The notes under the pieces are model-generated. The model saw only the letters and a program-made list of their open reading frames with translations. It did no database searches and had not been told where the DNA came from. 64,000 nt of DNA from Acidobacteriota bacterium (lineage in GTDB: Bacteria > Acidobacteriota > UBA6911 > RPQK01 > JADFOI01). This document shows, in pieces, positions 9,981-19,112 of this stretch. The stretch covers positions 194,406 to 258,405 of the forward strand of contig CBDCMH010000011.1 in the NCBI GenBank assembly GCA_965218935.1, read 5' to 3'. Position numbers and translations under genes: made by a program. Every line of letters begins with the position of its first letter. Within the stretch, counting starts at the first letter, position 1.

Positions 9981-10667
9981 CTACTCTATCCCAACAATGT
10001 CGCTGACGGCACTCTCTAAAACAAGGGGACGATAAACCTCCTCCAGCCATTTCCTGTGCTCCGGGTGGGAGCGATAGGCCTCCAAGGCTTCTTCACTTTC
10101 AAATCCGGCCACAAGACCATATGGAAATTCCGAACCCTCCTGGGCAACCTTTCCTACGAGCATCGTGGCGACTACAGGAATGCTTTCTAGCATTCTCCTT
10201 CCGCTTTCCAGCAGGGCCTTCCTTTGTTCCTCCCCAGCCTCGGGTCTAAATTTGAAGATCACTTGATGAAAAATGTGAATCTGCGATCCTGTCTTCGGTG
10301 AAGCCGCCACCTCGGGCGCTGGGTCGACAGATGGGGTTGTGATCGGTTCCGATGAAAAACTCGCGGCTAGATATTTCGAAATGATCTCCGCTTCCCGGTC
10401 CATCCCAAAAGCCATTCTCCCCAACATATCGTACACAGTTGCTTCCCATCCTTCTGGCGTCTTCTTCTGGGAAACGATTTGCTCGAGCCCATGACAAGTC
10501 CTGCAAAGGGTCTGCACATATACCTTTCCCTCCCCCTCAGGAAGCTCGACACTCAGATCTGCACTGCTGTCCTGCGAAGGGGAGGCCATGGAAAGACCAA
10601 AGATTAAGCTGCTCACCCAGAGGGTGAACCCGGCACCCAAGAATCCGAAAAGAGTTTTTACGTTCAT
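9981..10667 (-). CDS. monoheme c-type cytochrome fused to Dabb (stress-responsive alpha/beta barrel) domain
   Basis: An internal ATG (MNVKTLFGFLGAGFTLWV signal) follows AAGGA. There is a single CRTCH (CXXCH) haem-binding motif. The C-terminal ~100 aa have the Dabb pattern (IHIFHQVIFKF...EAL..Y..HP.H). Confidence 0.6.
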   Translation of the reverse strand: MNVKTLFGFLGAGFTLWVSSLIFGLSMASPSQDSSADLSVELPEGEGKVYVQTLCRTCHGLEQIVSQKKTPEGWEATVYDMLGRMAFGMDREAEIISKYLAASFSSEPITTPSVDPAPEVAASPKTGSQIHIFHQVIFKFRPEAGEEQRKALLESGRRMLESIPVVATMLVGKVAQEGSEFPYGLVAGFESEEALEAYRSHPEHRKWLEEVYRPLVLESAVSDIVGIE

Positions 10668-10831
10668 CAGCTGGTCCTTTGCTCGGTCAACAAGTGTAGT
10701 CGCGGTGCCTCTGGGGCTGCACTTGTTTTGGGCCCGACAACGACACCTCATCCGACAAAGGTGCAATGCCTAAAGGACGAAGCGGGCCTGCCACCTCACA
10801 AATTTCCGATCCGCTTCCGTCCGTTGCTTCC

Positions 10832-11491
10832 TTAGTCGCCACCCCAACCCATCTTCTTATAATAGGCGCGGCGCTGTTGTTCTTCCTCCCAGGTCATTGG
10901 CCCTTTCCAACCGGCAATATCCCAACCCGTAACGAGACCGGGCTGATTGGGATTGGTGATCTGATGTTCGTTGTCGCTGGAAAGAATCGGGAGACCTGCA
11001 TCGTCTGTAGGTATCCTGTGCTGGGGATAATTCTGGTAAAAAACCCCAAAGACGCGGGTGCGAACCAGATTGTAGATCGTTTGAAGCTTTCCCAAGACCT
11101 GAGAGTCGGTGATCCTGTCTCCATCGGCGATCATGTTCAAGTAATCGGTTCTTTGGTCTTCCGAAAGTTCAACAAATGTTTTGCCTGCAAAGAAAGTAGC
11201 ACTCTGACCGTTAAACGTGGCCAGATCCTGGTCGGACAGGGATTCCAATCCTTTCATGACCTCGGCTGTGATGTTGTACAGCTCAAGGGGGCGGTAGCCC
11301 GGGTCGCCGGGAGCAGAGGGAATCAGAGTGTCTCCTAACTTGGCAAAGATCAGAGAGCGATCATAGCCAGACTGGAGTCGACTGGTCGCCTGGCCCGAGA
11401 CTGACCCCACTTGAGATACGGCCACGGCCACACTGCCGACGCTGCCCTGTTTGATGAAATTCCTTCGGGTAACTTTTTCTTTCTTGGACAT
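10832..11491 (-). CDS. gluconate 2-dehydrogenase subunit 3-family protein (Tat small subunit of GMC oxidoreductase)
   Basis: Twin-arginine motif TRRNFIKQGS. Its size and position immediately downstream of the GMC flavoprotein gene fit this family. The start could also be 11506 or 11569. Confidence 0.7.
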   Translation of the reverse strand: MSKKEKVTRRNFIKQGSVGSVAVAVSQVGSVSGQATSRLQSGYDRSLIFAKLGDTLIPSAPGDPGYRPLELYNITAEVMKGLESLSDQDLATFNGQSATFFAGKTFVELSEDQRTDYLNMIADGDRITDSQVLGKLQTIYNLVRTRVFGVFYQNYPQHRIPTDDAGLPILSSDNEHQITNPNQPGLVTGWDIAGWKGPMTWEEEQQRRAYYKKMGWGGD

Positions 11492-11543
11492 CTTTTTTTT
11501 CCTCATTAATGATGAGTGGAAGAGTGATAGCAATAAACCCTGT

Positions 11544-13058
11544 TTAGGTACGCGTAAAGTGGTTATCAATCATTCTGCGCGCCGCAAACGCAGCTACCAC
11601 CGCTACGGGAACACACTTGTGTGAGAGGCAAGCTCTCGGAATGACGCTCCCGTCACAGATCAACAAATTCTCCACATCATGGGACTCAAAATGCGGGTTC
11701 ACCACCGACTCTTTGGGGTCAGAACCTGCACGACATGTTCCTACGTTGTGGCCTCCACGAGCTGACCTACGAAGAGTCCGGTCGATTTCCTTGGCCCCCA
11801 TCTTCCTGTGTATCTCCCAGCCCATTTCAGCAGCTCGATGCAGGGCTTTGAGGTTACCAGGATCCGAATACGGATAGGAGATTTCACCCGTGTGCACGCT
11901 AATGCTTCCTCTGACGGGGGAAGTCAGATTGGTAATGCGGAGACTTCCCACTCGCCTAACGGCGGTACGCATATACTCCTTATGGGCTTGACCAAAACGC
12001 GGTGCGAATCGACTCAGTGCGGCCTGCTGGGGGTAGGTTGGAAAACCCATACCGGTACTTCGAATGACGACGATATGGTTACCGTCAGGAGTAGTCTCCG
12101 GCCAAAAGTAGTGTCCGTTATTACCTGCCCCTCGTTCGTCCTTGACATCAAAATCGTAGTAGGCACTCACCGGGTGACTGGGTTGCAACTGCATATGCTG
12201 GCCAATGTTCGGATTATGGACTAGAGTTTTGTCACCCAACTGCTCTCGCGGCCCGTAGCCGGAACGAGCGAGCAGAACCGGGGTTCCAAAAGTCCCACAA
12301 GATAAAATCACTCTGTCCCCCCTGAGCTCCCGCACGGTCCCATTCTTTTCTTTGAGCACCACTCCCCGGACAATGCCCTTTTCCCCTCTTCTTTCGATGA
12401 TGGCTTTTTCCACCTCGGCGTCCGGAATAAGTTCAAGTCCTTTCTCTCGAGCTCGCGAGACGTAACCCAGCACATTGCATTTGGAGTCATACTTGCAATA
12501 ATTACCGCTTCCGCAATAACCACAATACAGGCAGTTGGTACGACCGAAAGTAACCGGAGTGGGGTCGTACCCCATCGACTTCACGACATCGCGGAAAAGT
12601 CGATGCCCGTGGAAGAGAACCTCTTCGGGCAAAGGACCAAGATTCCACTCGCGCTTAATCTCTTGGACACTGTCCCGAAACTTGTCTTTGCTCCAATCAA
12701 CGCCCGTTTCATTCATCCAGAGTTTATAGTCTAGGTCATAAGGAACATAGCCGTTGTTGCCCCACCAAAGTGTGGCTCCGCCCACCACCTTTGCGTTACT
12801 GTCTCCCCATGGCCAGCTGGGCAGGACTCCATCGTCTTGAAGAGAGATGTTGGTGAACATGGCACGTCGGACGGGGTCTCCATATCCCGGTCTCAGCTTT
12901 CCCGAGAGGTAGGGTCCCGCTTCGATCATGGCAATCTTCAGCGGTTCTCCGTCTCTGGCCCGCACCCCGCGCTCGGCCAGATGGGCGGCAATGATGCAGC
13001 CCGCCGTCCCGGCTCCAACAATAATCACATCAAACTGTTCAACGGTTCTGCCTTGCAT
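11544..13058 (-). CDS. GMC-family FAD-dependent oxidoreductase
   Basis: N-terminal FDVIIVGAGTAGC (GxGxxG) FAD-binding fingerprint. Length and motifs match GMC oxidoreductases. Confidence 0.85.
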   Translation of the reverse strand: MQGRTVEQFDVIIVGAGTAGCIIAAHLAERGVRARDGEPLKIAMIEAGPYLSGKLRPGYGDPVRRAMFTNISLQDDGVLPSWPWGDSNAKVVGGATLWWGNNGYVPYDLDYKLWMNETGVDWSKDKFRDSVQEIKREWNLGPLPEEVLFHGHRLFRDVVKSMGYDPTPVTFGRTNCLYCGYCGSGNYCKYDSKCNVLGYVSRAREKGLELIPDAEVEKAIIERRGEKGIVRGVVLKEKNGTVRELRGDRVILSCGTFGTPVLLARSGYGPREQLGDKTLVHNPNIGQHMQLQPSHPVSAYYDFDVKDERGAGNNGHYFWPETTPDGNHIVVIRSTGMGFPTYPQQAALSRFAPRFGQAHKEYMRTAVRRVGSLRITNLTSPVRGSISVHTGEISYPYSDPGNLKALHRAAEMGWEIHRKMGAKEIDRTLRRSARGGHNVGTCRAGSDPKESVVNPHFESHDVENLLICDGSVIPRACLSHKCVPVAVVAAFAARRMIDNHFTRT

Positions 13059-13398
13059 TCTGCTCCCCCTTGCTCTTCGCTAATCGACGAGAGTAACCCC
13101 GATCCCAAAAATCAGCTAGACGCAAACTGCACCTGCCGATGGCTCCCGATCAAGCCGACGTTACCTCGAACATGGCCGCGGCTATTGAAAGGTCTACTGG
13201 CGAAAATAACACATCCTCAAAGGGAAATAAAAGAAAAAATAGATGGGCTAATAAAAACACTTACCTTACAAAAGGCAATACTACTGAGCGCTTGAGACCA
13301 GCGAGTGAGGCGGTTAAACACCTGAAGAGAAACCGCCAACCTGCGCCGCTCTGATAACGGCTTCCAGATCGGCCCAAGAGGATTCTGGAAGTCTTTCT

Positions 13399-14034
13399 GT
13401 GTCAGACAAAAACGAGACAATGTACGGATTGGCAAGTAGATCACTTCACGGCAGGTCGTTGGAGCCAAGACTGAACAGGCTTGCTCTAAACAAGTCGCTG
13501 GCGCTGTTGGCATGGATTGGCTGGGCTTGGATGGGCGGACCCGTTGTGGCCTCCCCTCAGGAGTCCTCCGTGCCGACTCTGGACTTGAGTTCTGATATCG
13601 AGAGTCCAGGCTACGAGGTGACCCTTGCGATTAGCCTCACGGTTCCAGAGGGTGTTGCCATCGGAAAAGCGGTGAGCGAGATTACCTACCCGGGCCAGAC
13701 TTTCGAGTTTGTGGAGGTCATGCCAGGTCCGTCCGCAGAGGCAGTAGGGGCAGAGGTGACGGCTGAGGCTGGAGACCCCGGCGGCCAGACCTCCACCCTG
13801 CGGGTGAGCATTGCGGCAAAAGAGGGAGACTCGATTCCGTCTGGAATTCTGGCCGATCTTCGATTCAAGATTTCCGAGGATGCTGACGACACAAAGGTCC
13901 CACTGAAAAACAAGGTCTCCGCCTGGTCAGACCAAGTCCCTCCCACTCCCATTGAATCCATTACGGGAAAAGACGGGGAAGTCACCATCAGCAGCACTCC
14001 TCCCTTTTTTGCCTGCCTTTTCTACCTGCACTGA
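13399..14034 (+). CDS. hypothetical secreted protein
   Basis: ORF with a hydrophobic signal-like segment (LALLAWIGWAWMGGPVVASP). There is no recognisable domain and the start is uncertain. Confidence 0.3.
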   Translation: MSDKNETMYGLASRSLHGRSLEPRLNRLALNKSLALLAWIGWAWMGGPVVASPQESSVPTLDLSSDIESPGYEVTLAISLTVPEGVAIGKAVSEITYPGQTFEFVEVMPGPSAEAVGAEVTAEAGDPGGQTSTLRVSIAAKEGDSIPSGILADLRFKISEDADDTKVPLKNKVSAWSDQVPPTPIESITGKDGEVTISSTPPFFACLFYLH

Positions 14035-14120
14035 CCATTCGAGCCGGTGGGTGTTGAAGCCAACGAAAACGGGTACAGAACGAAGACAACACCGGAGAAA
14101 GGATGAGCCTCTTCTGCCCT

Positions 14121-14762
14121 CTACTGACTCTCCCCTCTTTCCATGAGACCCATGTGTTGCTTGGCCTGAGCGACACCACCTTCTCCCGGTCCCCAGCTCA
14201 CTTGACTATCGCCATTGGCGTCGGTACCGTCGACGATGTGCTGGGTCAACTCCTGGATCTCCTGTACTAACGGCGCAGCTTGATCCGCGGAAGAGGCTCC
14301 CAGGACTCTCTCGCTGAGCTGCATGATCTCCTGGCCCCACTGCGCCACATTGTCAGCACTGGCCTTGACGTGCTCGGAGTGTCGCTTCACATTGTCCGAA
14401 GCATCTCCTGCATTGGAGGCCAAAGTGATGTGCCGGGACACTCCCTGAGCTGCCTTCGATAAGCCGTATCCCTTGCCCGGGCCCTGCGACTCGCTGGAGG
14501 AATCGATAGCATGCCGGACGTGTCGAGCATGTCTCTGCATCGAAGTCAGATCGGACAGATCCCGGGCCGCTAAACCGGCATGCTGAGCAGCGATCTGGGC
14601 TTCCTGTTCCGCTATGGTGAGCAGTCCAACTTTGTCGGGGGTATCGCCCCAACTCTTGACCACATGCCCCATGTGGCGGTGCGATTCCTTCTCAGACTGA
14701 GCCAGCGCCTGAGGCTGCACGGCGGCAGCAACCAGTACCATGGCAATGGCAAATACTTTCAT
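14121..14762 (-). CDS. His-rich secreted hypothetical protein
   Basis: Signal peptide MKVFAIAMVLVAAAVQPQALA. There are many RH/HxxH motifs in repetitive helical segments. Confidence 0.5.
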   Translation of the reverse strand: MKVFAIAMVLVAAAVQPQALAQSEKESHRHMGHVVKSWGDTPDKVGLLTIAEQEAQIAAQHAGLAARDLSDLTSMQRHARHVRHAIDSSSESQGPGKGYGLSKAAQGVSRHITLASNAGDASDNVKRHSEHVKASADNVAQWGQEIMQLSERVLGASSADQAAPLVQEIQELTQHIVDGTDANGDSQVSWGPGEGGVAQAKQHMGLMERGESQ

Positions 14763-15078
14763 CCCACATCTCCTCTTCTTATTACGGTTATAGTGAAAGT
14801 GAACCTTTCCCTCACCTTGTTAAGCCTTTGTTCTCAACTCTACAAATCTGCCGGGCCCGGATTGCCCGAAAGGCGATTTGCAATCGTATCATATTTCAAT
14901 TTGCAAGCTGGATTATTTTCAAAAAACATCCAAGAGGACAGATCTTGACACAAACGGGCCAAGAGAAAGACAGGCAAGAGTCGCTTCATCGGTGGCCTCG
15001 ATCGTGGCGCGGAGCGACCTAAGAGCTTGCAGCGATTCTCCACGTCAAGGTAAGCTGATCGCTTGCGAAGATCACCCG

Positions 15079-16570
15079 TTGCCTCACGTAAAAATCTATT
15101 CCAAAGGGTATTCGTTGCCTCACTAAGAATCTATCCGAAAGGGATTGCAAAAAGTGGTGGTAAAAAGCACCAACCAGAGGAGTGGCAACCCCTTGCCCAA
15201 CACCCGCAGCCTGCAGCAAGAGAAAGATTTTCACATCCAGCCCGCTTCCCATCGTTTCTTCTGCTCAGGAGTCGGTTTGAGCAAAAGGCAATTCTGAAGC
15301 CAGCCGATCTGCCGTGCCAGCTGGGCCGGATTGAGCTTCTCATACTCTCGGGCCAGTTCCCGCTTGATCTTGTCCGCCACCTCAAGGGACTCGCAGATCC
15401 TCCGGTAGGGAGTTTTCGGCACATCATACTTTTTCCAGATCCGAGACCCTCGACGTTGCTTGGCCACCATCTTCATGACCGGCTTGAAAAAGTTGATCTG
15501 CAGTCGCAGCCGATCGTACAACTCGTTCACCAGCTCCTGTTCTCGCTCTCCCTCGTAGCGAGCATAACCCACGGCCCGCCGAACCACCGAATAGTTTTTC
15601 TGCTCCACATAAGGGTTGTCATTCTTGCGCGAGGGGCGGGTTCGGCTGAAGCTGATCTTTTCCTGCTCACAAAAACGAATCAAGTGCTTGTTGATGAACT
15701 CGCTGCCGTTGTCCGAAGCCATCCCCAGCCAAGGGAAGGGCGAGCGCTTCTGAAGCAGCTTCATCGCTTCCAGGACCCACACCTGGGCCTTATTGCGCAC
15801 CGCTCGGACCTCTGTCCAGCCCGTGTACACGTCCGTCACATCCAGGGTTTGGAGGTAGTCCCCCCGACCCTGGCCTCCCTCATGGCCCACCAGGTCCACT
15901 TCCACAAAACCGGGGCGATCCTCCTGCCAGTCGGCGAAACGCTTGATCGGAATCTGGTGTTTGAGCAGCGTTCCCGGCTTGGTTCCGGATCGTCCTTTGA
16001 GACGGTGCTTGCACCTTTCGGGCTCCAGCAGCCGATCGATGGTGGCGGCGCTGATCTGCATCAACCGCTCATGGGTGCTGGCATCCACTTTCAGTTCCCC
16101 ATGTCTTTGTAAAATGGGTACCACTTCCGGCAAAATCGCGACCAGACGTTTGCCACACAAATAGTCCAGTATCTCCCAGATCATCGTCAGCGCCTTTAGA
16201 ACTTTCTGGTCGTATTTGCGGGCCCGCTCTCGCCGTACTCTCTTGCCGATATCCCCTACCGCCACCAGCTTGGGGCTCAACCGGATCCGCTTGCCCTGGT
16301 GGCGAAGCAGATAGGCTCCATAGCAGCGGTTGTAGCCCGTCATTTGGGTAAACTCCGTCAACACTTCCCCCTTCACCTTCTTGCCCTTCTTCCGGTAGGG
16401 GGGGGCAAAACTTTTGACCAATACACGCTTTTCTGCCATCGTTAACCTCATTGGTGCCCTCCATTCCTTCATGGAGGACACTTCTATTCCCCTGCTCAGG
16501 GCCAGGCAATTTCGAATAGATTTTTTAATGAGGCAACGTATCCATTTCGAATAGATTTTTGATGAGGCAA
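15079..16570 (-). mobile_element. ISNCY-like insertion sequence with duplicated terminal inverted repeats
   Basis: Two copies of TTGCCTCA(C/T)N(T)AAAAATCTATTC(C/G)AA(AGGG) lie at the left end (15079-15108, 15116-15144). Inverted copies (TTCGAATAGATTTTT(T)(A/G)ATGAGGCAA) lie at the right end (16511-16536, 16547-16570), bracketing a DDE transposase gene. Confidence 0.6.
15231..16451 (-). CDS. DDE transposase (ISNCY/IS1202-like)
   Basis: 407 aa from an ATG after GGAGGG. Integrase-core-like segment DLVGHEG...DVTDVYTGW...DNGSEF. Antisense ORFs overlapping it are spurious. Confidence 0.8.
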   Translation of the reverse strand: MRLTMAEKRVLVKSFAPPYRKKGKKVKGEVLTEFTQMTGYNRCYGAYLLRHQGKRIRLSPKLVAVGDIGKRVRRERARKYDQKVLKALTMIWEILDYLCGKRLVAILPEVVPILQRHGELKVDASTHERLMQISAATIDRLLEPERCKHRLKGRSGTKPGTLLKHQIPIKRFADWQEDRPGFVEVDLVGHEGGQGRGDYLQTLDVTDVYTGWTEVRAVRNKAQVWVLEAMKLLQKRSPFPWLGMASDNGSEFINKHLIRFCEQEKISFSRTRPSRKNDNPYVEQKNYSVVRRAVGYARYEGEREQELVNELYDRLRLQINFFKPVMKMVAKQRRGSRIWKKYDVPKTPYRRICESLEVADKIKRELAREYEKLNPAQLARQIGWLQNCLLLKPTPEQKKRWEAGWM

Positions 16571-16806
16571 TTCGGATCATTGATTGCAAGCCCCGTCCGT
16601 AGTATAAAATCACTGACAAGACCATCGGACTCGGCGGGACGGCATAGATTTGCCGCTCCTCCTCCACGATGCACATTGGCATCGTATCGTCGTCGCTTCG
16701 CGCAGTCGAGGCCATCGCGCTCGCCACAAACGTCACCATATTTATGGAGCGCGGCACTAAGGTGGGAGTTTATTTGAAGATTCGCTTTCTGAAGTTTCAT
16801 GACATC

Positions 16807-19095
16807 ATGCCGATGCTCTGGTCCTTTGCTCTGGCCATATCCATTGCCGGGGCATCCCAAGGTCCGCAAGAGGGTGCGCTTTCGGGTCAGATTACCGATC
16901 AAACAGACTTTGCCGTGGGCGGTGTGCGAATCCGCCTGCAGGGACTTTCAACGGCGGTGGTTCGGGTCAGCCGTTCGGGCCAGGATGGAAGTTTCAGCAT
17001 TCAGAATTTACCCCCTGATTCCTACGAAGTGCGCCTCAACGCAGCAGGATTTAGGGAACACACCGAGGTGGTGGCCCTGGAGCAGAATCAGACCCTGAAT
17101 TTGAACATTCGCCTGCGAGTTGCCCTCTTACCGGAAACGATCACCGTCACCCCTACCCGCAGCGAGCAAAGGGTGGGAGACCTGGCGGCTTCCGTCAGTG
17201 TGCTGAACGAAGATGAGATCCATCGCTCGCCGGCACTGGCGCTGGATGATGTGCTTCGCCAGGTTCCCACCTTCAGTCTTTTCCGCCGCACCAGCAGCCT
17301 GGCCGCACATCCAACCAGTCAGGGAGTTTCACTGCGCGGTATCGGACCCAGCGGCGTCAGCCGGACCCTGGTGCTGCTGGACGATATGCCTTTTAACGAT
17401 CCTTTCGGAGGATGGGTGTATTGGAGCCGTGTTCCCTTGCTCAGCGTTGACCAGATTGAGATCGTTGAGGGTCCCAATTCCAACCTCTATGGAAACTACG
17501 CGATGGGAGGAGTGATCCATATCCTGACCCGGAAACCGGAAAAGAGAACCCTGGCCGTGGAAGGGCGCGCCGGCAATCGATCGACGGCAAAACTTGATTT
17601 TTTTGCCAGCGACGTGTGGGGTTCCTGGGGATTGTCCCTGGATGGAAGCCTCTTTCACACCGACGGATACAAGATCGTTGCGCCCGGCCAGCGAGGCTCG
17701 GTGGATCAGGAAGCCAATGCCGAACACCACAATTTTAATGTCAAGCTCGATTACACCCCTTCGGCCAACTTCAACTTTTTTGTCAAAGGAAGTTACTTCG
17801 GCGAGGAGCGCAACAACGGTACGCCCTTACAGGAAAACGATACCCAGTATCGATTCCTGGGAGGGGGAGTGCGCTTTCGTACGCCCGACGACAGTGAGTG
17901 GCAGGCCTCATTCTTCTCTCACTTTCAAACCTTCGGTAGCAACTTCTCCGCCGTTGCAGCCGATCGAAATTCCGAGCGACTGGCCCTCACCCAGGAGGTT
18001 CCCACTTACGGTTATGGTGGGTTCACCCAATGGTCCAAATCGGTAACCGCTTCACACCTGCTCTCGGCAGGCTTTGACTGGAGGTGGGTGGACGGAGAAA
18101 GCCAGGAGATCGTCTTTATTCGCACACCTCCCGTGCCGGTGCGTCTGCGCGATGTCGGTGGCCGGCAGCGAGCGGTCGGTGTGTTCCTGCAGGACTCCTG
18201 GACACTGCTGCCCGGGTTACAGGCCCTGCTCAGCGCTCGTTTTGATCACTGGCGAAATTATGACGCAAGCCAGGAGGAGCTTGCCGTCTTTTCCGGGACT
18301 CAGACCCGGGTGGACTTCCCCGACAAAGACAACGGCAGAGTCAGCGGACGCATTGGGTTGTCGTATCAAGTGAACGATTCCGTCTCGCTTTGGAGTGCTG
18401 TGGGTACCGGGTTTCGCACACCCACACTCAATGAGCTCTACCGGCAATTTCGGGTGGGTAATGTGGTTACCCTGGCCAATTTCGATCTGGCTCCGGAACG
18501 CCTGAAGGGTGTCGAAGGGGGTCTGAACCATGCTCTGAATGGGAATCTGTTCTGGCGTGTGACCGGCTTTTGGAGTCGCCTCAAGGATCCTGTCTCCAAC
18601 GTGACACAGACGGTGACACCCAGTCTCATCACCCGTCAGAGGCAAAACCTGGGCCGAACCCGCACCTGGGGACTGCAAACCGAGCTGGAGTACCGTCCCA
18701 GCAGAAGGTGGCGATTTGCGGGCGCTTACCTCCTGGATGATTCAACGGTGCAGGAGTTCTCAGCCAACCCCGATCTGGAGGGTAACCGACTGGCCCAGGT
18801 GGCCAAGCATAAGTTTACGATCCAGGCCGCCTACATGAATCCGCAGGCCGTCGATGTAGCGCTGATGGGGAAACTGGTTGGACCTCAGTTTGACGACGAT
18901 CTGAATCTCTTTAAGCTGGGGAGCTACTTCGTGGTGGACGCGACACTTTCCCGGCGTCTGGGGGAAGCCGCCGAGGCCTTCCTGGCCGTGGAGAATCTCT
19001 TTGACCGGGAATACCCGGTTCGCAGCAATCCCGCCAGTATCGGAACACCGCTCCTGATCCAGGGAGGCATCCGCTTTCACATCCTGGGGCGCTGA
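16807..19095 (+). CDS. TonB-dependent receptor with carboxypeptidase-regulatory-like N-domain
   Basis: Signal MPMLWSFALAISIAGASQG and GQITDQ...GFSIQNLPPDSYEVRL motifs. There is a plug motif (TLVLLDDMPFNDP), a beta-barrel and a C-terminal aromatic residue. Confidence 0.8.
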   Translation: MPMLWSFALAISIAGASQGPQEGALSGQITDQTDFAVGGVRIRLQGLSTAVVRVSRSGQDGSFSIQNLPPDSYEVRLNAAGFREHTEVVALEQNQTLNLNIRLRVALLPETITVTPTRSEQRVGDLAASVSVLNEDEIHRSPALALDDVLRQVPTFSLFRRTSSLAAHPTSQGVSLRGIGPSGVSRTLVLLDDMPFNDPFGGWVYWSRVPLLSVDQIEIVEGPNSNLYGNYAMGGVIHILTRKPEKRTLAVEGRAGNRSTAKLDFFASDVWGSWGLSLDGSLFHTDGYKIVAPGQRGSVDQEANAEHHNFNVKLDYTPSANFNFFVKGSYFGEERNNGTPLQENDTQYRFLGGGVRFRTPDDSEWQASFFSHFQTFGSNFSAVAADRNSERLALTQEVPTYGYGGFTQWSKSVTASHLLSAGFDWRWVDGESQEIVFIRTPPVPVRLRDVGGRQRAVGVFLQDSWTLLPGLQALLSARFDHWRNYDASQEELAVFSGTQTRVDFPDKDNGRVSGRIGLSYQVNDSVSLWSAVGTGFRTPTLNELYRQFRVGNVVTLANFDLAPERLKGVEGGLNHALNGNLFWRVTGFWSRLKDPVSNVTQTVTPSLITRQRQNLGRTRTWGLQTELEYRPSRRWRFAGAYLLDDSTVQEFSANPDLEGNRLAQVAKHKFTIQAAYMNPQAVDVALMGKLVGPQFDDDLNLFKLGSYFVVDATLSRRLGEAAEAFLAVENLFDREYPVRSNPASIGTPLLIQGGIRFHILGR

Positions 19096-19112
19096 CGTTC
19101 GAGCTTAAGAAG

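Noticed and set aside
15063-16112. 349-aa ORF antisense to the ISNCY-like transposase
   Set aside because: It overlaps the transposase on the opposite strand and has no recognisable motifs. The transposase frame has clear DDE-family similarity.
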